NCBI GenBank assembly: GCA_026026165.1
Contig: JAPEUD010000005.1
Coordinates: 496,001-560,000, forward strand
Source: Sarea resinae
Taxonomy: Eukaryota
Length of the DNA stretch: 64,000 nucleotides
Reading direction: 5' to 3'
In this document: piece after piece, positions 39,841 to 53,858 of the stretch
How positions within the stretch are numbered: position 1 is the stretch's first letter
How the letters are laid out: every line of letters begins with the position of its first letter
The notes under the pieces: model-generated
What the model saw: only the letters and a program-made list of their open reading frames with translations
Told to the model about the DNA's origin: nothing
The model's database searches: none
Translations under genes and position numbers: made by a program

Positions 39841-42800
39841 AATGGATCGCGCTATTTGGGTGGAGAACATACCAATCAACTTGTCCAACGAAGGCGGCAC
39901 TCATGAGCTCAGCTGTATTTAGAATAGGGGTAATTCAGGGGTTAAATGTTCCGAACGAAATTCTTAACATGGCGTAGCAGGTCTGACGAAGATATCCTCC
40001 TGAGTCTCTTGGAGGAAGCAACTGCCGAAGGACTATCCTGACACTCTCAGACGTGCGATATGACCGAGCAGATCATTCGTAGTGCGGCGAAAGTTGGCCT
40101 CAACAAATTGGTCGGAGTGCAAGCTAGCCCGAAGAACCGGCCGGTCATCGTGCCGGTGGACGTGTTAAAGTCCGCGAACCCGGCATAGTGCAGGGGACTG
40201 GGCCCCACGTTGCCAATGACGAGAACTATGACTGTTATCCCAAATGCATCTAAACACATGAGGTCTTTCAGTTCATCATCAACTATCAAGAGCTTCCACC
40301 TAGAGAATTCACATTCTTGTGTCTGGATGAGTACGACCTTTGCCTTGCCTTGGCCGATCGCTCTCGCGATGTTGCTGAGTAGACTTAATGCTCGAGCCTT
40401 GCTAGCTCTTCTTGCGCATTGTGGCAAATATCAACAAGTGCTTACCGTTTCGGGGATCCTGAAGGAGTCTGCATCATATGAGGCGGAGGCTTTCGGTGTC
40501 AAGCAGAAACATTTGATTGATGACGGTTCTGGGCGACTGTGGTGGAATACTACAGGGCGACGACTCCAAAAAGCAGCAGACATGTTTTCACTTAACATGA
40601 TGGACGGAGCCGATGTTTGTCAAAGCTGCCCCATCTTATTCTGAAAGCGAGAGATGTGCAGATCCCTTTCTGGACCTTTGGCAAAGATGGTACTCTGCTC
40701 CACGGCTCTGGACGGAGAAAATCCACAAGAGGTATTGACTATTTGACCCTGAGCGAGATGCTTCTTGAGAACGAGATACTTGAGAAAGGACTTTCAATCC
40801 TGACCACCGAAACCCTGAAAAAGGGTATAGCAGGCAAAGAACCCCTAAGTCTCGATGACCCCCGCAGCTTATTAAGATTTCTGGAACACTTTGGGCATCC
40901 GCAATGCAGCTGGAGGATCACCTTCTCATTCACATGACCCTTACACATGCACTCGAGGCACATTTGGCACCAGCAGCATTGGCTTTGGTCAGTGCAATAG
41001 CCAGACCAGTGTCATCAACGAGAACTGCGGATAATGCGCCGTCAATTGCGCGCATTCCTTTCAAACGCCATCAGTCTTTTGAAAGCATAGGGACTCTATA
41101 GAGGTCATGTTGCTCTGCTCCAGAATCTGTGTCTGTTCGAACTGGTAAAATAGGTCGAAAAGGCCCACCTGAAAGCAGTCACGAGTCGAACTGATGCATC
41201 GTCCACAAGATCTGCGGGGAAGGATCATTCCTCTCGGAATATGACAGTAAGACTCCAATCATGATTGGGTTGGCTTGCAACAGGCAACGCACGCGTTCTT
41301 TGCGATAGGTGCTGCTGCCGCCACCGCGTTGGCAATAGCGGCCTCTTTCTCTGCCTGGGTAAGTTGGCATTATGAAGCTGTAATGATGAGATTAGCCTCA
41401 ATCTGGCCCAATATGAATCATACCCATTGGAAGGCCTACCGTTTGAAGAATGAGGGGGGAGATCAGGGGTCGTCCACCAAATCAAACCGTAATCCGAGCA
41501 AGCTGAGCGGTTCCGCACCGGAGCATGAATTCTGCAAGGGTCTGTATTCCCAGATGGGGGACAATAGATCTTTGACTAAATTGAACCGTTCCACTGCTAG
41601 TTGAGCTGTATCCCTAGCCTCAAGAGATTGTCGTTTCCCTTCCTAGAAGAAGAGCCACCGATGCTCGTCTATGTGCAATGCCAGGCAGTCCCTAAGCTGG
41701 CCCCATCTATGCGTAGCGATCACAGAATCCTGCTGTCTTTTCCTCTCCAAACACTGGAAACCTGTCATCCACAGGTGGCTACCTTGACAGCTTCAGATGA
41801 AGGTGTCTTATCAGTGGGTGCTTTATTTTTCTCCTTATTTGTACTCTGCGTTACACTCGCTTCCGTTCTTTTTCAATCGGCCCCACATTGCACGGGCTAT
41901 CTCCTCAAAGTGCATCTTTTGATTTGCCGGGTCGATATAGTAGCAGAGTTCTGTGGTTTCCTTGGATTCTCTCATTTCAATCCGCGGCCTATTCTGCAAT
42001 ATAAATTCCCAGCCATCAGAAGTGACGTCCTTAAGTTGCGCTTCTATGAGCCAACGCCTCCGGGGGAAGAAGGATAAGGACGGAACCTAGTCATTCTCCT
42101 TTGTTCGGCCTGTCCCCGAGCTCGCGAATCTGCGTTCCTTTGCGACCTTTCTCAGGCTTTGATCTTCTATTCCCTTCTTCTATCCTATCCAGGATCAATC
42201 AATCTCCCGCCGGCTTGTTCCATGATATACCTAGACTGCTTTCATTCCCAGACCAGGGCACACGGACTGGAAATCCCTTGTAACATATTTTTCAAGACGA
42301 GCTGCAGCCGACGGTCACGAGACAGAAGTTGAGACTAAGGCTCTTTGAAGCTCCCTTCCACCTTGACTTCCTGTCATCGCCATGACTCTTGGCAGAGACC
42401 GAACGTCCCTTTCCTTGTAGCCTCTTACGACCCGGACTAAAAGTCGAGTCCATCAATCTATCCGTAGCATCGTCGATTCATACCATACGGAAGTTAGTAG
42501 GCCCTTCTGGCTGGCTTTCTTGGAGGTCAAGCCACCACCGCCTCATGACTCTAGCTTTCGATCGAGCTGCTGGCCTGAAGCCTCGTGCTGTTCCAATTTT
42601 GGGGCCGCTGATTATTTTTTTCTTCCATTTCCATCAGCGTCTTCCCATCTCTCGGACTTCCCCTCTTCGCTTTTGATAAGGAGAGGGTTTGATTGGGTTT
42701 ATGACCTTGGAGAATGAGGATTGGGATTAGTTGCGAGGTTTGCCATCTCATCCCGCCAAGGAGCCTCCATATGATTCATACACCCCTAGGAGCGCGGACC

Positions 42801-42959
42801 ATTTCGGACGGGGTTTTGCTGTAGCGCCTGTGATCTGTTCCATCATCTGAGCTCTTGTTCGTGGGGTTCTGAAATCCCGTTGGTTATAGAAGTGCAGGAG
42901 CGGTATTGTTGTCTGGACTCAACATATCTGATCTCAGACCCTTACCCGAATCTCTTCCT

Positions 42960-43510
42960 ATCTCACTCGTGGACATAATAGTTTGAACCTGTCTGAAGTA
43001 CGCTGAAGAATCTTTCGCTTATGCCAGTCCCCAAACACCTCTTTCTGTAGTTCTCGCAAGTCAGGGCGGTTGCAGGACTTGCTGCTGTTAAATAACAGAG
43101 ATGCGAGATGATGGGTCTGACTCTCAGGCCTTATTCGCTGCTGCATTACTCGAAAAGCATCGTCAGATTATCGATCTTCTATTCTCGCCTAGAGACGATC
43201 ATGCCACATAGCGCCGGGGTCCCCTTGTTCGAGCTGACAAAGACACAGCTGGGACATTTGAGTTTCTGGGAGCTTCTTTCTCAAGCTTGTGCTTGTCGAT
43301 TCTGGCAAACGATCCTCAGACTTTCATATCGGCTCTGTTGGAGAGCCAAGTGCCTATATCAGGGGCCCTGGAAATTAGTACCAAATGTCTCGCAGAGGGT
43401 TTCCAGCTCGTCATAGGTCTTGAGGCCCTCCTCAACCTGGAGAAAGACTTCGCTGATGTGGTTTGTCTCGTGTACTATGGCAGCCACATGTGGCGGTTCG
43501 AGCCGCGCCG
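42960..43510 (-). pseudogene. Stop-interrupted relic of an unidentified protein-coding gene
   Basis: One minus-strand frame reads LEPPHVAAIVHETNHISEVFLQVEEGLKTYDELETLCETFGTNFQGP*YRHLALQQSRYESLRIVC...*KIDNLTMLFE*CSSE*GLRVRPIISHL: protein-like composition broken by isolated stops. Confidence 0.35.
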
Positions 43511-46500
43511 GGCCCCTGACAGCTTATGACTCGTTCTAGTAAGCACATTCTCTGTATACTTCTGATCCAGCCGTATTCCCAATGGTGGATTAACTGCACG
43601 CTTTGATCCGAAAAAGATGTTCCGACCACCAGACAAAGACGAGGCGCTTGACTGCGTGCATGTTGATTCCGCTCTATGTCGCGGTCTCTTCCAGGCCACG
43701 TGTGCTAACGGTACTCCGAGATCTCCAGACACTGTGAAGATCATGAGGTAGACTTGGACCGATGAAGAGTGGCGAAGGGTGGCAACTGGTAAGCCCAGTC
43801 GTCGACTCGCTGATCGAAGATTTTATTCTCAAACCTGAGTTTCTCGATCATATCCTGCTCATTGCAAAGGTCTAGCCTGCCATCCCACTATTGAAATATG
43901 ATGACTTTGCGTGTTCTTTCTTCAATCCCATCTTCGAAATGGAGGATTTTGCTCAACGTCAGAGCTAGCTGACAAGGATGACTGAATAACGTTTGTAAAT
44001 TCTTTCTTCCACCACGTCATATGAACAAAAGACAGTATTAAGCTTGGCGATGATAGAAGCTGAGATGCCGACATTGATTTGCCCAATGTAGAAGTCCCAA
44101 AGCTATTATGGCGGTAGTCCTAAAGTACTTGGAATATCTGAGTAAGTCGTGGAGACTCCATAACATATGTTCCTCGTTCTGATCACAATGGTTCTTCAAC
44201 AAACGCCAGTGTTGGGGACGACAGCTTTATCGCTATGGCCCACCATATCAAAACTCATTTCAGTATTCAGCACAGGCCACACCACTGGACGTGTTGAAGT
44301 CCGCGATCCCTGAGAAGGTGTCAAATTACAACATGACTGACGTTCCTAAAGGGCGCTCCTTTTCGGGTTCTGGTTCTCGAAAGTAAGTGACCAGCACCTA
44401 CCCTGGCCGTGCCGAAGCTCACCGTGCCAGAGAAGACCGAGTGATCAGCACCGAATTCGATTTGTTCTACTGGACAAGAGGACGAGGAGCTTCTGTCGAG
44501 GATGGCGAATTCCTGATTTCAGTTCGCCACTAGGACTTTGACTGGAGTATCACTTGCTCAGACCGCCAGTATCTTGACGGTGGCAATTCCTCTGACTGAT
44601 CCAGCATCTCCAAGGTAACTTGTCCAATAACATATGCTACGGTTGTTATGGAGCTGCTCCACGCAATCATGCGTTTTCTATCTCTTCTCCAGGCGATGAT
44701 ATATACTGACAAGCATGTCGGGAACGTCGATACGGGTGTAAATGTGCCTCAGATAGGAAGCCTGCGGCCAGTCCTGATAATTTATCCCAAGAAATAAAAA
44801 GTAAATCAGGAAGGGAGGGGCCCTCAAAAGTGAGTAAAATAGAGCCGTCCCCAAAAATCTGTCTGTTTGTGCAAAGCATAGAGACAGCCGTTCAGAAGAT
44901 TAGTGGTTGATATATTTCTGTCGTTCCGTGCCGGCAACAGGCCCGAGCAGTCTAGGCGTCTTTGAACTTCAAGACACCAATGGCGAGGCAACTGTTGTCC
45001 TGCTGAGGTTCTGGCGGCTCCTGGTCAGACACGACGTGACTCTAAGCTTGAAATTAGGGTCCAAACTCCTGGTCCAGAATGCATATAAGTCACACTTAAT
45101 GATAGCATATGCCACCTAGTCATGAAGCATTCGTTTCAAACGGCCAACAAGACTCTCGTGTTAAGCCCTATCCCAAGAGACCGAAAATTGCATCTGCATC
45201 CGCATCTGCACCCGCCTCAAGAGCTCTCTCTCTCTCTGGGTGCTGTTCTCTTTCGGAAGCTATATCCTGGGGATTGGTATCGTTCCACACACGGTGCATT
45301 CTTAGCATCCTTGTAGGTGGCCAGCATCGGCCACCTTCTCTGCTGTTGTATTGACGCAGTTGTTTAATTCAGTCTCTCTATATTTATCTCAAAGTATTTG
45401 CTTATTTCGAGGACTTGGCTGACAGTGCTCCGTGAGCTCCGCCAGGCGGACTCAGTGAGATTTAGACCGCTCGACCTCAGACTTTGTACATAGTCGGTCT
45501 GGAAGTGCCGACTGGAGTAGGCCAAGAGATTGCATGAGGCAGAAAATCGTTGGGGTGGCACGAATATATACTTGATCCACTCGTGCCAGCGTGATGCGAA
45601 GAGATTCACATCGACCACAAATGGATGAAGAAAATCGCAAAAGCCGAGTAAGCTGGGTCGTGTCCAGGCTGCCCCGTCCAATTCCGTGGTCTCCTCGCTC
45701 GTAGATCTTCGACAGATCACCACTGTTTCCTCTGTTCATGGCCTTAGCGATCTCCTGGTACTTTTGCCCCAAGCACACACTCCAGAAAAGCAAGACTGTG
45801 ATTGCGACTGGAATGAAAGGGACGCATGGCATTGACTCCTAAGGTTTCCTGCTTCCGACATCCACAGTCCACTCGTCGCCCGGAAGACAGGGTAACAGAA
45901 GCTCTTCGCAAAGTCCATGGATTACTTTTCAATGGCTCAAAGATGGCCCAGTCCTAGTTGATTTAATTGCTGATCATTGCCGCATTGTCCGAATCGTCGA
46001 CTTGATTAGAGGTTCCGTTTCCTCTAAAGGGTTGTGTATGAAATGCGCACTGGCTATACTTGAAAAGAAGGGTAGACTGAAACATATATCTCGTAATGAT
46101 ATGCTTCGAGCAATTCTCGAATATATGCCTGATCTCGTCTTCAATATGCCGAGGCACGAGCCCATGAGAGGGTCTTGCTCTTGAGTTTGCCGTTTCGAGG
46201 CAGGAGCGAACAAACTATCACGATCCCCAATATCTTGACCTGGCGTTCAATTTCTGAAGACATGAAATCCCAAATTCCAAAGTCAATCAATCAGGCAGAC
46301 TGGTCCAAAACACATTCCTTCTCTTTTTCGGGAATTCTCGGATGGGGCCGGCGCTTTCTCTTGTCCAGCTGACCCTAGACATATCCTTGCTTTGTTCTGC
46401 AGCAGATTCGCCATCCGCAAATCTTTGAAGTCGTGTCATTGTCACCCGCTCACTTTCTTGGCTAATCAGTTCTCTGAATCTGTGCAGTATCTAAATTCAG

Positions 46501-49500
46501 ACTCAGAATGTCTGTCTTTTCCCATTCCCTTTGAAAGTTCAATTTGAATTTCTTGTTCGAAGAGAGTACGCTCAAAGCTCCCGTATGGCGTTCCATGTGT
46601 ATGGGTGAAAATGTCCATATCTTTTATTCCAGGCGAACAAGCCACGCTACATAGAGTAGTTCTGGAGTGGAAGCGCTCACTTCTCCAAAGCGGGCAGTTC
46701 TCTAGGTCATGGACGTGACCATGAAATCTATGTTAGACTTGGGATCTCTGACACGGTACTGGGCGGCCCCATCGGGGAAGTTGGTCAGGCTCGAGCTTTT
46801 TGATATCCGAAGATGGTCCTGGTTGGAGAAGTTGTATTTCAAAATCGTAAGCCTTGACCCGCACACACAAACACACACACAGCCCTAGAGAAGCCGGTGC
46901 TTCGAAGCAGGTCCAGTCTCAAGTCAGAAAAGTTCCACTCCAAAGGCAAGTCAGCCAGGATTTGATCTCCCACACATCATTATAGGTCATCTTGCAAGCT
47001 GCCTGCAGCCTGGATAGAATCCTCCCCATACAGAATATGTAGCACCCGTTGTGATCTTAAAACATTGCTCTTGTGAAGCCGCAATTGATGAGGGCCTGTA
47101 CTATTTCAGCTATTCTGGTGGGACGTGGTTATGGTTGTTAGAAATGACTGTGCTTTCACAAGCGGACCGTTCCACAGGGCAATTGAGGTACATAGGATGA
47201 CCTTTTGCGGACTGAAAGATCTGAGATCACCTGCTTAGTCTGCACACTTTTTACCCTCCATCGATGGTTGTTTGCGGTGATGTTTTCTAAAGGTGGAATT
47301 TAGAGGCCGCGTGGAGGAGACCTGCTTTAGTCCTTGCAAAGGCGAGAAGTCGATTCATTTCCCCTATGTGTCGGCCCAGCCGTATCCTAAACACCCTCGC
47401 GAAGGTCCCTTTGTCCGGTATTGTGGGAATTTCCTCGTAAACTCTGGTTATAGCCCCGGCTCGCAAAGAAGATAGCCAAACTGGGAAAGAGGCATGGTCC
47501 GTGCACGTGAGGAATCTGCAGGAGTGGTCTGTTGTTTTCCCACATTCCGTTGCACTCCAAATAGAATGGGTCCCAATTGGGTTTGTGAGTGGCACGTTCG
47601 TCTGGAATATGTTGTCTGTATATGTCAATCAGTATCTAGTTCCACAAGTGAGTTGAGCGAGTTCTCTAAAGAGCAAGCAACTTCTGAGTCTGAAGCATGC
47701 AAATCATTCTACTCACTAAGCAGAAAGAGAGCAGGTTGATGAGATGTCAACGACAATGCTTGGTAGACTTCGAAACGTGGTGGAGAGAGAGAGATGGTGA
47801 TGTAGAAAAGAGGGCATACAGTAGAGGAAGGAAAGCAAAAGGACATGAAACAAGCTCTAGTAGAGAAAGCAAGCGATGGAATTCGAAGTGAGGGGAAAGA
47901 AAGCAGGTGATAGATGAAGTGAACTTGCCTATATGAGAAGCCTACGCACGCCCACCTCATTCGAGGATCACTTCATGCTTTATGGTTGTGAGACTGCGTA
48001 ATGATGTACATTAGATCAAGAATGGTTGTCCTTCGTATCAAGGGCATAGTGAAAGAAAGACTGATGATAGAAGAAGGAGAAGTGAGGTGTCATGAAGACA
48101 ACTGAAGACCGCGCGTGATGTGAAGAAGAGAAGAAAGAAAGGGAGGAAGCGCGGGCACCCAGAGGGTTTATATAGACCTCTCTTACCCCGCCTTTGGAGT
48201 GCATTCACATTCAAACATTCCTCATTCTTCCTAACTAGAACCCTCCGTCTGTCGGATATCACGGCTCCGCATCCGGCACTGTTCAAAGAGGCTTGTTTGC
48301 AGTCTTTGCGGCACCAAAATTGCCTCCTTTTCCATGGCAAAATATTCACAGAGTAGCAATGCGGGGTGCAACGTTGTGGTATTGGTAGATCAAAGGAATG
48401 AATGATGTAAAACGTGTGATTATCGTGTCTGAGATTGTGGGGTCAAGGATGGGGGAAACGTGAATGCGTAAGAGGCCTCCGGAGAATTCCGGCTTTGAGA
48501 AGAGGAGACGCAGGACAGTCCGCAGGTAGTGATAATATCAAGATTTCATGCTGGTGTCATTGCTTCGAGGTTCTTCATGTGTAGGCATGCAAGGACAGGC
48601 CTAGGCCTGATATCGAGTTTCTTTATTGTCCTATCAATGTCTGCCCTGTTTGTACCACTTATCAACCCAATCGGTCAGACCAGATGCGGCAAGAGATACT
48701 CACAGCAAAGTAATACGAAAGCGATTGAGAGACATTCCTTGCTTTTTGTGCAAGCACTTCTCCGACTTCCACCGTTGCTGTTGACACAATTTCTTTCTGG
48801 ACCAGGGTATGAACCAGGTGGCAGGAAGAAGTCGGATGTTTGGAGATAGAGATTATCAAGAAGGTCTCCTAAAATGAAAAGAAATGGCTTAAAACTGCCA
48901 CCGAAGATAATGCAGGCAACGAGCAGGGCGTCGAGAGAAATAGGAGCGAGATCAACTTAATCAAATCAACGACTTGCAGACAAGGCAGATTTTCGAAGGA
49001 AGCCTAGCCAGACACATTGATTGTCAAGTCAAATATCCAGACATCATAGAAATGAAAACTCCGTTGCAGTAACAACGCTGATGGGATATGGGGAAGAGTG
49101 TGTGGCATTAAAACAGTCGAAAGGACCCGGCATGAGTGGAAAAGAAAGACGAGACGATCAGCAACTTCATTGCAGAGGCAACAATAATGTTAGGCAATGT
49201 CAGAGCTTCCAGGCTTGCAACTCGAAAAGCAATATCAAAAGCCTCTCGAGATCAATCCCTAAAATCACCCCTGAGCCCACTCCCAATAGGACTCATTCGA
49301 TGCTTTTACCTCTTTCTGCGAGAAAGGAGCCATCATATGACTTCTGGGGATCTAGTCTGTCCAATGCATTGTTCGAATAGATTGAGATATCGGTAAAGCA
49401 CGACCAGCAGGGTTGCTTGGCTTCTACAGTTATCGATGTAGGGCTGGCAGCTGGCAGCTGGAGGGGCTCATATGGATCCATGGATGTGTCGGTTAAATGT

Positions 49501-49934
49501 AGGGCCGGTAGGTGATAGGCGGAACGGGCCGATTGGACATCCAATGTGAAAGCATGAAGTACCTCGAGCTCGTACACATAGGTGTACTTTGGGATGAGCC
49601 TCCTGGCAATGATGTCGGATGGATCAGTGGAAGAATTGGACTCAAGAGCTCTTGCAAATGGCGTTGTACTATGTGGGGGCAACATATCATTCCCGAGAGA
49701 AGTACTCGAAAGTCGATTCAGCAATTTCGAGATAGGTGCATTGAGAACCATTTTAGAGCTCTTGCTTCTAGCACATGGATAATTCTACAAATACTGAGCG
49801 TACAGGCCTCGCTGTGTGGGACAAGAACATCTGTTTTGAGAAATCTTGAGAAACAAATTTGCAGATTGAAACCACTATATTTTCTAAGAACTCCTGACAC
49901 TCGCTTTCATTCTCCTTTTCCTTTATATCTATTG

Positions 49935-51357
49935 TTATCGAATTCCGTTGAAGCCGTTAACACCATTGACTTTCGGGGCGACCACAGCCTTCTCTAATGC
50001 CTGCAGCACATCTGCTTTCAAGTCTTCAGCATCCTCAACGCCGCAGCTGATCCTGACCAGGTCTTCAAAAACACCGGCGGCATCTCGCTGCTCGACCGGG
50101 ATACCTGCGTGGGTCATGCTGCTGGGCACCTCGACTAGACTCTCTACTCCACCAAGACTTTCAGCGAGCGTGAAGATTTTGGTATTCTGGCAGAAGCGCT
50201 CGGCGGCCGCATTCCCACCCTTGACGCGGAAGCTCAACATACCGCCGCCCATGCCATTTCGGTGCTGCTTCAAGGCAATAGACCGATGTCGGTGAGAGTC
50301 GAGACCTGGGTAATTGACTGCGATGACGTGGGGGGATGCTTCGAGTGCCTTCGCGACGGTCGTTGCGTTCACTGTGGCCTCTCTTGCGCGAAGATGGAGG
50401 GTCTTTAGGCCACGATGGGCCAGCCAGCTGTCGAACGCCGACGGGACGGCGCCAATTGCATTCTGGAGGAAGGAAAGTCGAGCTCTGAGATCTTCGGAGT
50501 TGAAAGCGGCAACACCCATAACGACATCCTGATTATGATTAGTTGGTGCCTTTCGCACGACAAGAAATATACTATACTTACAGAGTGTCCGTTGATGTAT
50601 TTCGTGACAGAGTGAACAACGATATCTGCGCCATGATCTAACGGGTTCTGCACGTAGGGGCTCAAGAAGGTATTATCGACAACAACCATGATACCATGTT
50701 GATGGGCCACAGTCGCCACACTTCTGATGTCAACCAAGCTCAGGGTTGGGTTGCTGGGACTCTCAATCCAGATGAGTTTCGTCTCGTTTGGTCGGATGAG
50801 TTTCTCGACGTCTAGTTCGATGCTTGGAGAAAATGTGACTTCCACTCCATGTGCCATGGCGACCTGAGTGAAATAGCGATGGGTGCCACCATAGACATCT
50901 GAAACGGAAACGACATGCGAACCAGCAGCCAGGGACTGGAGGACAATGGCAGTAGTGGCCGAGCCAGAGGAGAAAGCAAGGGCGAAGCGTGCATGCTCAA
51001 GGGCCGCGACGGCTTGTTCGAAGTTGTCTCTTTGAGATCATCAGCAACTGCGGGGCAGTCTATTGTCTGTCAGAGTCTTTTCGGACTTACCGATTAGGAT
51101 TCGAGCTCCTTGAGTACTCATAGAGACCTATGGGCTTGCCAACGCCCGTCTGTGCGAAAGTGGTAGAAAGCGAAATCTATGAAAGATCAGCGAAGACGGT
51201 CTATAGTGCTCAGCCCGGCAGGACGCCTCACCGATTCAATGACCGCTCCTGTCACTGGATCGTGGGGAGAGCCAGCGTGGACTGCCAACGTCCCGAATCG
51301 CTGGACTGGAGTCGGCACCCGAGGAGGAGTTTCGATGGGATGATCGGACTGAGTCAT
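49935..51357 (-). CDS. CYS3: Cystathionine gamma-lyase
   Basis: FGTLAVHAG; EYSRSSNPNR; DVYGGTHRYF; ESPSNPTL; VDNTF; PLP-lysine motif HSVTKYINGHSD; FTLAESLGGVESL. Confidence 0.96.
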
Positions 51358-51976
51358 ATTGTCGACTTTTGATGCCAGAAGGCTCGAATTGCTGGCTGGG
51401 TGAGATTTTGCCGTTGGCAGGAACAAAAAATTGCGGTCGCGTTATCGATAAGCGCAGATCACTTTCTGGGATGCGATCGTCTCCACACAGACCACAGAAT
51501 TCAAGGGCGTGCGACAGGTTAAATAGCGAGAGAAGTCGGCAAGGGTTCAGTACTCACAGAATGACGATCGTCATTCCACAGGCTGCTTCTATCCTGGAAG
51601 ATCGCAGGAGTTCTTGCGCAACGATAAAGGCGGTGGAAAGGTCGATAAATGTAAGGTACGGATAGGTCACTCCGCAGGTAGGTAAGGTAGGTAATCAAAA
51701 TTCCCTTGAAGCGACGATTAGAGACGATGGCGCAATCGAGAGTAGGCTCAAACGGTAATCCCTCTGACAAATTAGCTGCCAAGCCCCGACGCGATTTCAG
51801 GCACCGCGCCGCATCGCACCGCATCGTCCCGCATCACCCATGGAAAAATCTCTACATTTCGAATGATCTTTCCCAATTCTGGCCTGACAGAGCCTTTGAA
51901 GCGCTGGACGGGATCATCAATCACGCGAGGGTCGAGACGTTTTAACAAGGCCAAACAAATATAACGCGACGACTGT

Positions 51977-51983
51977 TGACTCA
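51977..51983. promoter_or_regulatory. Candidate CpcA/Gcn4 site (TGACTCA) ~620 bp upstream of the cystathionine gamma-lyase gene
   Basis: Exact TGACTCA heptamer upstream of an amino-acid biosynthetic gene; could be a chance match. Confidence 0.3.
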
Positions 51984-52265
51984 TCATTCTCTCGGCATAA
52001 TCATCGGTGATCACTCATGTAAGCTGCATACCTTACTTCCAGATGTGACCAAGGATATCTATTAGACTCCATTCGACAACCTCTATGCAATACACAATGA
52101 AAACAACATCAGCAGCGCCGGACTATGGAAATATTTGAATGGCCTCTGAGCCAGCCACCTAGCATCGTAGAATCAGAGTACGTTGCTGCGTATCGTTCAT
52201 GCATCGTTTGTCTATTATACTCTCCATAAGAGCGATGACGCCTTTCACCCCGAGAACCTCGCTCG

Positions 52266-53179
52266 TCACCACCACAATGTTGGACCCAGTCCACCTTGCG
52301 ACATCGAGGCCTCGATCGTATATGGACTCTTTCTCCCTATCGCCGAAGTAGTGTCGCGTTCTGAAGGTGCCGTAGGCGATTGATCATTCCAAGTCTCCGC
52401 TTCCACTCTGAACCGCACGGTTTCGTTCTTATCAAAAAAGAGCTCGTTTCCGTCGTTTCGCCATATGAAGACCTGCTCAGCATGATCGCTGCAGCTTGTT
52501 AGTGAAATCGTGCGAGAGCTATTAGCTGTAATTGCTAATGTAAATACGCACAATTGGGTTTCTTCAAACAGAAGATGCGGAGGAACAAAGATGTCGTCGA
52601 AGAAGTCGAGGCGAACTGATATTGGTCGTTAGCATATACTGTAATGAATGCCGGGAGAAGCTTGGGGCATCAGAGCCTGATGATTGTGCTCATGCTTACT
52701 TTTGATGCCAGCAGGCGAAGAGCTGCTTATCTTGCCGAAGAGGATTTCGCCTTTAAAAGGACGGAAGACGATGAGACGAAATTCAACTGTCGGATATTAG
52801 CTCTTTGGTACTCGAAAGCTAAACGGCTCGATTTGACAAGACCGGAGTGGAGCAATACCATTGACGTTGACTATGCCGGTTCGATGTCCGATGAGCCCTT
52901 CGGATGCTTTGAGTATATCGTACAGGCAGATGCAGAGTCCAATCTTCTGTATAACCTGTCCTCGAAAGATTCAATCAGCCTTGACTTGCAAAGACTGTAC
53001 GAGCAAGAAGGCCGACCTTATTTGCATATTTGGCGTTGATATTATCTTCGATAGCTTCAACGCTGGGTTTATTGAAATCCTCTGGAGATATTTGCACAAG
53101 ATCGGAAATGGTAGTCTGGAGATGTCAGAAGCAGGATATTGAGGGGTGGCTCTCTTTGGCGTCTTACAAGTATGAACAT
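52266..53179 (-). CDS. RPC25: RNA polymerase III subunit Rpc25 (multi-exon)
   Basis: MFIL|...AIEDNINAKYANK|VIQKIGLCICLYDILKASEGLIGH...VEFRLIVFRPFKGEIL...DFFDDIFVP...YTIEASMSQGGLGPTLWW*. Confidence 0.93.
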
Positions 53180-53858
53180 AGCGATTCTCCGTGACCAGAA
53201 ATCTAGCTAGATAGCGCAAATCGTTCCAGAGCGAGCGAATAGGCAGACGTCCAAAGCAGGCCGACTGCTGCTCAATGCAATGGAGGCAGCGTAGCGCTCT
53301 CACTCATTCACGCTCAAGCACTTGAATCGACTCGATACCGAATCCCCATCCCCCGTTGCGTATGGCACAGCCACAGCGACTCGGAAGCTGAAGAAGTGAT
53401 CGCTGTATGATTGTAGTTGTCGAGCCGAATTCGAAGGTTTCCGATGCCACCAGTGGACTGCACTTGGGAAAATCCTCGGAATGTGATGCGGGGAGCGGAA
53501 GAACCGTTTCGCCGTGTGTTGCATGCGTCGATCTCTGATGTTATGGAAGGTACTGCACCTTAGTGCTGCTTCCCGGGTGGTACCTGCTGAATACTGTGCA
53601 GTACTACAGTAGATCTCCAAATGCCTGTAGACCGCGCCCGTCAAGTATCAATCTGTACTCCATCTCAACCTGCATCAGGTGCCTTTGCCCCGTGTACGCA
53701 TGCGAGGCGTCATCGCCGAGCTGTCCGTTGAAGATCTGATTCGGCGTCTCTGTTTTGGTATACTTGCTTCGAGCTGATCAGCCTTGCGAGCATGCGTTTG
53801 AGTTGCCCTTGGCCGTGGATGTGTCGCCGTAGCCGTCAAGAATTATCTGACCACAACA

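Noticed and set aside
36400..49900. Calling the island a Starship or other named transposon
   Set aside because: No captain recombinase, transposase, RT motif or terminal repeats were recognisable.
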